From Candidatus Latescibacterota bacterium (lineage in GTDB: Bacteria; Latescibacterota; UBA2968; UBA8231): a DNA stretch of 64,000 nucleotides. The notes under the pieces were generated by a model. The model saw only the letters and a list, made by a program, of their open reading frames with translations, made no database searches and was not told where the DNA came from. Below, in pieces: positions 38,327 to 45,697 of the stretch (within the stretch, counting starts at the first letter, position 1; the number at the start of each line of letters is the position of its first letter). The stretch is from positions 3,488,001 through 3,552,000 of the forward strand of contig OZ241867.1 in NCBI GenBank assembly GCA_965203175.1, in the 5' to 3' direction. The translations under genes and the position numbers were made by a program.

Positions 38327-38911
38327 ATGCGGCGCATCGGCGTCATCGGCGGCACCTTTGACCCCATTCATCACGGCCATCTGCTCTTGGCCCGCTTCGC
38401 CTTAGAGCAAATCCCCCTCGACGAAGTGCTCTTCATTCCGGCTGCCGATCCGCCGCTCAAGCAGGGCGCGTACGCGCCGGCTGAGGAGCGCTGGGCCATG
38501 GTCGAACTGGCCGTGGCTGGCTGCGCCGACTTTGCGGCCTCGCGCTTGGAGCTAGACCGCCCGGGCAAGTCCTATACCGTTGAAACCCTGCGCCTGCTGC
38601 ACCAGCGTTATCCCCATGCCGCGCTATCTTTTATTATCGGCGCGGACAACATCGGCCAGCTAGACGAGTGGCACGATCTTGAAGGCATTTTTGCCCAGTG
38701 TACGGTGGTGGTGGGAGCGCGTCCTGGCGAGGTGGTGGGCGACCCGAAGCTACTGGCGCGCCTGCGCTTCATAGATACTCCGCTCATCGAGCTGTCCTCG
38801 ACCGAGATTAGGACGCGCCGGGCCGCTGGCCTGTCCATCCGCTTCATGGTGCCCGAAGCGGTCGAGGCCCACATACTTGCGAAAGGATTGTACGCCACTC
38901 CGTGTTCATGA
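38327..38911 (+). CDS. nadD: Nicotinate-nucleotide adenylyltransferase
   Basis: GGTFDPIHHGH, SYTVETL, FIIGAD, LSSTEIR. Confidence 0.95.
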   Translation: MRRIGVIGGTFDPIHHGHLLLARFALEQIPLDEVLFIPAADPPLKQGAYAPAEERWAMVELAVAGCADFAASRLELDRPGKSYTVETLRLLHQRYPHAALSFIIGADNIGQLDEWHDLEGIFAQCTVVVGARPGEVVGDPKLLARLRFIDTPLIELSSTEIRTRRAAGLSIRFMVPEAVEAHILAKGLYATPCS

Positions 38912-40077
38912 CGCATTTAGAATGTTCCCGTACGGGCGCACATTACGACGCCGACGTGTTGCAGAACCTGTCGGAGGTCGGTGCGCCCCTCCTCGCCCGC
39001 TACGACCTCGACCGGGCTAGACGCGAGCTGGACCGCGCCGCGCTCAGCACCCGCTCGCCGACGATGTGGCGCTACCGGGAAGTCATGCCCATCCGCACGC
39101 CCGAGGAAATTGTCTCCCTCGGTGAGGGTTTCACCCCGTTGCTCCGCCCGGAGCGCTTGGAGCGCTGGATGGGCTTTTCCCAGCTCTACATCAAAGACGA
39201 ATCGCCCAATCCCACCGGCTCCTTCAAGGCGCGCGGCCTCTCGGCTGCCGTCACTTGTGCCCGCGCGCGCGGCGCAAAAAAGCTGGCCATCCCCACGGCG
39301 GGCAATGCCGGTGGCGCGATGGCGGCTTATGCGGCTGCCTGTGGTCTGCCGGCGATTGTCTTTATGCCCCGCGATACGCCGCAGGCCTTTGTCGCCGAGT
39401 GTCGGTCCTGCGGCGCTGAGGTCGAACTGGTTGACGGACTGATCAGCGATTGCGGCCGCATCATCGGCGAGCGCAAGGAAGCCGAGGGGTGGTTCGAGGT
39501 ATCGACCCTGAAGGAGCCGTACCGCATCGAGGGCAAGAAGACCTTGGGCTACGAGCTGGCCGAGCAGCTAGATTGGTCCCTGCCCGACGTGGTGATATAT
39601 CCCACGGGTGGGGGCACGGGGCTGATCGGGATGTGGAAGGCATTCGCCGAACTGGAGCAACTCGGCTGGATTGGCGAGCACCGGCCGCGGATGATCTCGG
39701 TGCAGGCCGAGGGCTGTGCGCCGATTGTCCGGGCCTTTGCCCGCGGTGATGAAGCCGCCCAGGCGTGGGAAGGTGCTCACACGGTAGCTTCTGGTCTGCG
39801 CGTCCCCAGTGCGGTCGGCGACTTTCTGATGTTGCAGGCGTTGCGAGAAAGCGGCGGCACAGCCATTGCCGTCAGCGACGAGGAATTGATCGCGCATTCG
39901 CACAGTATGGCGGCGCACGCGGGCATTTTCCCTGCACCCGAAGGCGGGGCAACGCTAGCGGCCCTAATCAAGCTCAAGGAGCAGGGGCTAGTGGCCCCGG
40001 ACGAGCGCGTGGTGCTCTTCAATACGGGGTCGGGTTACAAGTACTTGGAAGCTCTGTCCGAGGGGCTCGCGCCTTGA
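38902..40077 (+). CDS. thrC: Threonine synthase family PLP enzyme
   Basis: SLGEGFTPL, NPTGSFKARG, TAGNAG, EGKKT, PTGGG, FNTGSGYK. Confidence 0.85.
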   Translation: MFMTHLECSRTGAHYDADVLQNLSEVGAPLLARYDLDRARRELDRAALSTRSPTMWRYREVMPIRTPEEIVSLGEGFTPLLRPERLERWMGFSQLYIKDESPNPTGSFKARGLSAAVTCARARGAKKLAIPTAGNAGGAMAAYAAACGLPAIVFMPRDTPQAFVAECRSCGAEVELVDGLISDCGRIIGERKEAEGWFEVSTLKEPYRIEGKKTLGYELAEQLDWSLPDVVIYPTGGGTGLIGMWKAFAELEQLGWIGEHRPRMISVQAEGCAPIVRAFARGDEAAQAWEGAHTVASGLRVPSAVGDFLMLQALRESGGTAIAVSDEELIAHSHSMAAHAGIFPAPEGGATLAALIKLKEQGLVAPDERVVLFNTGSGYKYLEALSEGLAP

Positions 40078-40115
40078 CGAGAATGGGGGCGGCGTCTATT
40101 TTATGACACTGCTTT

Positions 40116-40192
40116 GCACCCATAGCTCAATTGGATAGAGCACCTGACTACGGATCAGAAGGTTCGGGGTTCGAGTCCCTGTGGGTGCGCCA
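40116..40192 (+). tRNA. tRNA-Arg(ACG)
   Basis: GCACCCA/TGGGTGC acceptor, CTGA-CTACGGA-TCAG, CCA; promoter TTGACG-N17-TATTTT at 40074-40102. Confidence 0.95.
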
Positions 40193-40200
40193 TTAAAAAC

Positions 40201-40237
40201 AACGGGTTACGTCAAAAGACGTAGCCCGTTTTGCTTT
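40201..40237 (+). terminator. Hairpin downstream of tRNA-Arg(ACG)
   Basis: aacgggttacgtc-aaaa-gacgtagcccgtt then ttgcttt. Confidence 0.7.
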
Positions 40238-40414
40238 GTGGGAAAGTCGTGTCAGCACTATGTCAGCAGAAAGTAGAAGGAACCCAATGATATGGATGCT
40301 GTTCAAATTGCTGTCGCTATTCGGTCGTGAGCCTCTTTGAAGCCTAATCGGCTGCTCAACGCTGGCTTTTGGCTTGTGCTGAGGCGTGGGCTGGTTGGTG
40401 TGTTTTTCTCCGCC

Positions 40415-40457
40415 TGTCGCTATGTCACCCGCCTTATCACCGACCCGGCCTCCAAAA
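40415..40457 (+). repeat. 43-bp imperfect direct repeat of 41216-41258
   Basis: 39/43 identical to a segment inside CDS 41000-42538. Confidence 0.9.
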
Positions 40458-40629
40458 TTGGGCGGTAGCCCAGAAGCCCTTTCTGTCGATAGTTTTCAAG
40501 ATCGCGTCCCGACCAAAGACAGGCTTACTGCTGCGCTAAATGCTCCGTTGACAACGCCTTTATCTCCCTCGTATGTTTTCTTACATAACCTGAAGCATAG
40601 CCGCTCTCGTCGCCCGTCGGAGGCCCAAG

Positions 40630-40902
40630 ATGTCGTCTGTAGATATAAAGATTGAATGCCCTGCCAACATTCTGAATGCGCTAAAAGAAACCCCTGATGA
40701 ATTTGCACAGGAAGCACGAATACTTTTGGCTGCAAAGCTTTATGAAATTGGTCGCTTATCCTCAGGGCGAGCTGCAGAACTCGCCGGCCTAGGCAGAGTG
40801 GCTTTTTTTGATATTTTGAAGTCGTACAAAGTTCCTGTTGCGAATTTAACCCGCGAAGAGTTGAAGAAGGACTTCGAGAGTGCCAGAAAGATGCGTGGTT
40901 GA
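40630..40902 (+). CDS. UPF0175 family putative antitoxin
   Basis: EARILLAAKLYEIGRLSSGRAAELAGLGRVAFFDILKSYKV. Confidence 0.88.
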   Translation: MSSVDIKIECPANILNALKETPDEFAQEARILLAAKLYEIGRLSSGRAAELAGLGRVAFFDILKSYKVPVANLTREELKKDFESARKMRG

Positions 40903-40984
40903 TACATCTGTACTACAGTATCTTTTTCGCATCGGCCAATTGGATATTCTCCAGACACTCTTTGATGAAGTTCTATCGCTTTAA
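40880..40984 (+). pseudogene. Truncated DUF3368/PIN-domain toxin remnant
   Basis: Manual translation MPERCVVDTSVLQYLFRIGQLDILQTLFDEVLSL*; PIN-like VDTS start overlapping the antitoxin stop; only 34 aa. Confidence 0.75.
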
Positions 40985-40999
40985 TAAAAAAAGGCCTTT

Positions 41000-42538
41000 A
41001 TGGCCCTAATTGACATTGGCACCACCCGCCAACTCTTCATTGACGACTACCTGATCGAAAGCCTCCTGCACGCCCGACGGGTGCTAAATCCGGCGCGAAA
41101 GTCGTCCCACAACCCCATCTTGCCCGTCGATCAGCCTTGGGAGGGCACGTACAATCAGGTGAACTACGTCTATTACGACGAAGCCCAACACCACTTCAAG
41201 ATGTGGTACACCACGTGCCGCTACGTCACCCGCTTTATCACCGACCCAGCCTCCAAAAGCTACAACTGCGTCAAGCCTCTGCTAGCCGAGGGTAGTATGC
41301 GCCCGTGTCTGGCCACGTCGCAAGACGGCATCCATTGGGAGAAGCCCGCGCTCGGCTTGGTGGAGTTTGCCGGATCGCGCGCCAACAACCTCCTCCCGTC
41401 TGCGGACGCGGTCAAATACATCTTCCGCGACCCGCACGACCAAGACCCGGCCCGGCGTTTCAAGGGGCTGGTGCGCTACGGCGACAGCGATCCCGCTCGC
41501 GTGCACCAAGTCGAAGAAGCATCAGATATTTACTATACGAAAGCGCCCCACTGGATCGACGATCTCGAAAGGCGAGGAGTCGCGAGCACCACTATATGGG
41601 ACCTCTACTATTCGCCCGACGGCATCACTTGGACGCCCTGCTCGCACAACCCCGTCATCGCGAGCCCACCGCGAGCGCCGCTGCTGGCTGGGCCGACTCG
41701 CTTTATGTGGGATCCCATCCGCGCAACGTATGCCGCCTATACCGAGCCAAGCCAGCACTCGCGCAGTACCGATATGGAGCGCCATGGCCGCACTGTCGGC
41801 CGAGCTGAGAGTGCCGACATGATCCACTGGGACCTGCCCGAGACCGTCATCGTCCCCGATGACCACGACCCGCCCGACGCGCAGTTTTACTTCGCCACCT
41901 TTAGCGCATACCAAGGCAACTACCTCGGCCTGCTCGACGTGTATCGGCTGAATTCCGGCGCGATCTACCCGACCCTAGTCTTCAGCCGCGACGGCATCCA
42001 CTACCAGCGCGATTTCCGCGCACCGGTTATCGAGCTAGGGGCCGCAGACGCTTTTGACGCCAAGGAAATCTACCCGCTCTCTCCCATCGTCCACGGGGAC
42101 CGAGTGTTGCTGTACTATTATGGCTGTAGTTCCGGGCACGACATGGGGCCGATCTACGATGAGCCGCAAGGCGGAGAGGAGATGCGCGCTGCGATCGGCC
42201 TAGCCATCCTGCCCATTGACCGCTTCGTCTCCATCGACGGGGGCAAACAGCCTCCGGGCGAGCTGACCACCCGCAGCTTTACCTTTGCCGGCAAGCAGCT
42301 ACATCTCAACGTATCCGGCCGGGTCCACGAAATGGCGGTGAAGGTGCAGATCCTCGGACCGACTAGCCACATCATCCCCGGCCATACCTATGAGGACGCG
42401 GACCCGATTACCACAGATGGGCTAGATCACATTGCGACTTGGAACGGCAGCGCGGACCTGAGTCATCTGGAAGGCAAGGCGATCAAACTGCGCATCTTGC
42501 TCGAAAAGGCTCGGCTCTATTCCTTTTGGTACAACTAG
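41000..42538 (+). CDS. Five-bladed beta-propeller glycosidase-like protein (GH32/43/130-like)
   Basis: RQLFIDDYLI, DQPWEG, ATSQDGIHWEKP, YSPDGITW, FSRDGIHY, DRFVS, LYSF. Confidence 0.75.
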   Translation: MALIDIGTTRQLFIDDYLIESLLHARRVLNPARKSSHNPILPVDQPWEGTYNQVNYVYYDEAQHHFKMWYTTCRYVTRFITDPASKSYNCVKPLLAEGSMRPCLATSQDGIHWEKPALGLVEFAGSRANNLLPSADAVKYIFRDPHDQDPARRFKGLVRYGDSDPARVHQVEEASDIYYTKAPHWIDDLERRGVASTTIWDLYYSPDGITWTPCSHNPVIASPPRAPLLAGPTRFMWDPIRATYAAYTEPSQHSRSTDMERHGRTVGRAESADMIHWDLPETVIVPDDHDPPDAQFYFATFSAYQGNYLGLLDVYRLNSGAIYPTLVFSRDGIHYQRDFRAPVIELGAADAFDAKEIYPLSPIVHGDRVLLYYYGCSSGHDMGPIYDEPQGGEEMRAAIGLAILPIDRFVSIDGGKQPPGELTTRSFTFAGKQLHLNVSGRVHEMAVKVQILGPTSHIIPGHTYEDADPITTDGLDHIATWNGSADLSHLEGKAIKLRILLEKARLYSFWYN

Positions 42539-42590
42539 TGGGCTGGGCCGCGTTACCCGGCGCTCAGAATCCACAGAAAAGGAGCTATCT

Positions 42591-43544
42591 ATGGCGAATA
42601 TACCTGTTGGATTAATTGGCTGCGGCGGCCGTGGTCGCGGCCACGTGCGCGCCCTGCACGCGCTGGAAGATGTCGAGTTGGTCGCTGTCTGCGATCCTGT
42701 TGCGGCAAACCGCGAACAGGTGGGCGACGAGTGGAGCGTCGAACGCCGCTACGCGGACGTAAAGGCCATGCTCGACGCCGAGGAATTGGCCGCGGCGATT
42801 GTCGCGACTCCGGCTCATCTCAACGCCGAGGCGGCCCTGCCGTGCTTGGAGCGAGGCATCGACACCCTGCTGGAGAAGCCTCCGGGTATGAGTTTGGACC
42901 AGACTCGCGCTCTCAAAGAGGCCGCTGAGGCCAGTGGTGCCCGTGGCATGGTCGGCTGGAATCGCCGCTTTGATCCGTTGGTCTTGCAGGTGCGCGAGGA
43001 GATTGAGTCTCGCGGCCCGATCTATCAGCTAGTCGGCGAGTTCCACAAGAGCATGAGCGGTTTTATCGCTGGTGGCCGCTTTCCCGAAATCGTCATGGAC
43101 AACATGCTGCTCGAAAGCCCGATCCACGCAATCGATCTGGTGCGCCACCTAGGTGGATCCCCGGTCGCCGAAGTCCACAGCTTTGTCCGGCGCGCATCCG
43201 CCTACAAGGACGTCCACGCTGCCTTGGTCGTCTTTGAGAACGACTGCGTCGCCCAGATCTGCGCCAACTACACCACCGACGCCCGCCTAGAGCGCTACGA
43301 AATCCACGGCCGCGACATCTCGGCCTATATAGAGGGGATTTCTACCTGCGAGTTGGTCTGCGACGGGGAGCACAAGCACTTGCAAAAGGAGGGTACGGAC
43401 AGCACCCTAGCACAGGCCACCCACTTCTTCGACTGCATTAAGGCCGGTCGTCCCATCGGCCCACCGGCTGCGGACTTGGACGAGGCCATGGCTACTATGG
43501 AACTCGCTACGGCTATTTTGGCGGGCCTGCGAGACGACTCTTAA
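42591..43544 (+). CDS. Gfo/Idh/MocA oxidoreductase
   Basis: IGCGGRG..H, AVCD, LEKPP, GWNRRF, IHAID. Confidence 0.9.
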   Translation: MANIPVGLIGCGGRGRGHVRALHALEDVELVAVCDPVAANREQVGDEWSVERRYADVKAMLDAEELAAAIVATPAHLNAEAALPCLERGIDTLLEKPPGMSLDQTRALKEAAEASGARGMVGWNRRFDPLVLQVREEIESRGPIYQLVGEFHKSMSGFIAGGRFPEIVMDNMLLESPIHAIDLVRHLGGSPVAEVHSFVRRASAYKDVHAALVVFENDCVAQICANYTTDARLERYEIHGRDISAYIEGISTCELVCDGEHKHLQKEGTDSTLAQATHFFDCIKAGRPIGPPAADLDEAMATMELATAILAGLRDDS

Positions 43545-44223
43545 TCGCTCCCCAGGATACCTCTGTTATGGCTGTAGCCAACCGCACGGCCTCAACGGTG
43601 AAACTACAGGCGATGTCGTAGAAGAGCTGGTCGCCACTGATGCGGACGTGGGTCCACACGGCTGGCAACCCGATGATCCCGGCCTCGTCGGCCGCGGTTG
43701 GCCAGTGGACCACGCCCGATCCCGCCCGCGACCACAACCCGCTGTGCCCGACGCCGCCCAACTCCAGCTCATAGGTCCCATCCGCCCGGAAGATCACGTG
43801 CCCGGCCAGCGTCCCATCGGCAAAATTGACGATGCCCCATTGTCCCAACAGTTCGTCGCCTAGTTCCTGTGCTGGTCCTAGGGCGAGAGCCGGTTCGGCT
43901 CCCCAATACAGGCTGTCGCCTACCACTTGGAAGGGCACGGTTTCGCTTTGCTCGGCCAGTATCCCGCTGATGTCTGCGGCGTAGCGCAGGGTCACAACGC
44001 CGTCCGCAACCTCGTACCGACCCCGGTCTTCCGCCACCGGCCGCTCTGGATCGTCCCGGAGTGCGACGCGGCGGAAGCGCCCATCGCTATTGAATTCGAC
44101 GTACAGATGCTCTATGGATGATCCCCACTCGGCCCGACAGCCCTCCCAAGCACCTACTACGCTCGACTGTGCCCAAGCGGTACCGTTGAAGAGTAACAAG
44201 GCGATGCAAACTGTTGTGCGCAT
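43513..44223 (-). CDS. Secreted protein with two lipocalin-like repeats and C-terminal SWGxIK motif
   Basis: GGAGG RBS, signal peptide AWA-Q, repeats VVGAW..EFNSDGRF and LLGQW..IFRADGTY, tail TAITEVSWGAIK. Confidence 0.75.
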   Translation of the reverse strand: MRTTVCIALLLFNGTAWAQSSVVGAWEGCRAEWGSSIEHLYVEFNSDGRFRRVALRDDPERPVAEDRGRYEVADGVVTLRYAADISGILAEQSETVPFQVVGDSLYWGAEPALALGPAQELGDELLGQWGIVNFADGTLAGHVIFRADGTYELELGGVGHSGLWSRAGSGVVHWPTAADEAGIIGLPAVWTHVRISGDQLFYDIACSFTVEAVRLATAITEVSWGAIKSRLAGPPK

Positions 44224-44303
44224 GGTAAAATCTACCTCCGTTCCGCGTTGGTTGCCGACGATTGACGCCATGTCCTAATTAGTGATCTAAAAGGAGATTT
44301 TCG

Positions 44304-45101
44304 ATGTCGTTCGAAGGTAAAGTAGCTCTCATCACCGGTGGCGCGCGCGGCTTGGGCCGCGCTTACGTCCTCCATCTGGCCCGCTTGGGCGCGGACATTG
44401 TCATCGCCGACATAGACCTGCAGGCCGCGCGCGAATACGGCGAAGAACTCACGGCCGAGACCGTGGAAGCCGAAGTCGTCCAGCTCGGTCGCCGCGCCGT
44501 GGGCGTTGCCGTGGATGTTACCGACCGCCCAGCCGTAGATGCCTTGGTCGCCGAGGCCCTTGATAACTTTGGCCGCATCGACATACTCGTCAACAACGCC
44601 GGCGGCAATTTGCGCTCGCACGAGGAACAAGCCGCCTCCTTGGCTACGGAAGACCACTACCGCTACATAATGGACATCAACCTCACCGCCACCATCCACT
44701 GCTGCCAAGCGGTCAGTGCGGCGATGAAGAAAGCCCAGTCCGGCAAAATCATCAATGTGGCCTCGCAAGCGGGCTTGTGGAGCGGGCGCGACGGCGGCGG
44801 GATGCCCTACAAGGTGGCCAAGGCCGGCATCGTCCACTACACGCGGGTGCTCGCCGCCGAGCTAGGCCCTTATGGCATCCACGTCAACTGCATTGCCCCA
44901 GGCCTAATTTTGTCGTCCCGCGCCGTGGCCCAAGGCCGCAACAGCGAGGAATCGCGCCGGCACTTAGAGCCGCAGATTCCCCTTCGACGTTTGGGCACGC
45001 CCGAGGATTGCGCTCGGGTGGTGGAGTTTCTGGCGTCCGATCTCTCGGATTACGTCACCGGCCAGTGCATTCCCGTGTGCGGGGGCTTTGTGGCGTTTTG
45101 A
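44304..45101 (+). CDS. Short-chain dehydrogenase/reductase
   Basis: TGGARGLG, LVNNAG, YKVAK, VNCIAPG. Confidence 0.92.
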   Translation: MSFEGKVALITGGARGLGRAYVLHLARLGADIVIADIDLQAAREYGEELTAETVEAEVVQLGRRAVGVAVDVTDRPAVDALVAEALDNFGRIDILVNNAGGNLRSHEEQAASLATEDHYRYIMDINLTATIHCCQAVSAAMKKAQSGKIINVASQAGLWSGRDGGGMPYKVAKAGIVHYTRVLAAELGPYGIHVNCIAPGLILSSRAVAQGRNSEESRRHLEPQIPLRRLGTPEDCARVVEFLASDLSDYVTGQCIPVCGGFVAF

Positions 45102-45107
45102 TAGCTC

Positions 45108-45557
45108 TCACTCCTCGGGCCGCCTGATGCGCGCTACGAGTCTCATCAGGGCGAGCCGCTCAAAATCGCGTGGATCGTCGGTGCGAATTAGAAAATCTCC
45201 CTCTACGCGGCGCGTTTCCCCGGCGCTGAGGATTACCGGTTGCCCAAATGGTATAAACGCGTCGATTAGAAATTCCTCTTGGTCGAAAAACCGCAAGTCG
45301 TAGCGCACCCATACGGTTTCTTCCCCGACATTGCGAAATACGGCTGCAAAGATTCCCCCGAATTCCGCTATTGACCCGAGTCCCGGCTGCGGCAAAAACG
45401 GCAACCAAGTCAAGCTGTCGATCGACACGCTGCCCTCCAGCCCCTCGTCCTCGACAAACTCCACCTCGCTGCGCAGCACGTCCACCGCGCCACTTGGTCC
45501 GTCCTGTGCGGCAAAGCACCCGACCAGCAACAGTACTAGGGCGATTCCGATGCTCAT
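45108..45557 (-). CDS. Hypothetical lipoprotein
   Basis: Lipobox LVGC; beta-rich FRN...YDLRFFD segment. Confidence 0.65.
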   Translation of the reverse strand: MSIGIALVLLLVGCFAAQDGPSGAVDVLRSEVEFVEDEGLEGSVSIDSLTWLPFLPQPGLGSIAEFGGIFAAVFRNVGEETVWVRYDLRFFDQEEFLIDAFIPFGQPVILSAGETRRVEGDFLIRTDDPRDFERLALMRLVARIRRPEE

Positions 45558-45640
45558 GGCTTGGTCCCAATTCTCGGTTTGCGTCTGTATTTCTTCGTGG
45601 TGTTCTTTAGAAACTGATTATGTACGGACTTCTTAGGTAT

Positions 45641-45668
45641 GGGATGCTTCGCTTCGCTCAGCATGACA
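45641..45668. repeat. REP-like element
   Basis: gggatgcttcgcttcgctcagcatgaca resembles the widespread TGTCAT-CTGAGCGAAGCGAAG short repeat family; single copy here. Confidence 0.55.
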
Positions 45669-45697
45669 AAGAAAATGCGTAACTTCATAACAATGCT

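Noticed and set aside
40406-41258. Diversity-generating retroelement TR/VR pair
   Set aside because: Mismatches include C/T changes, not only adenines; the repeat is short; no reverse transcriptase in the window
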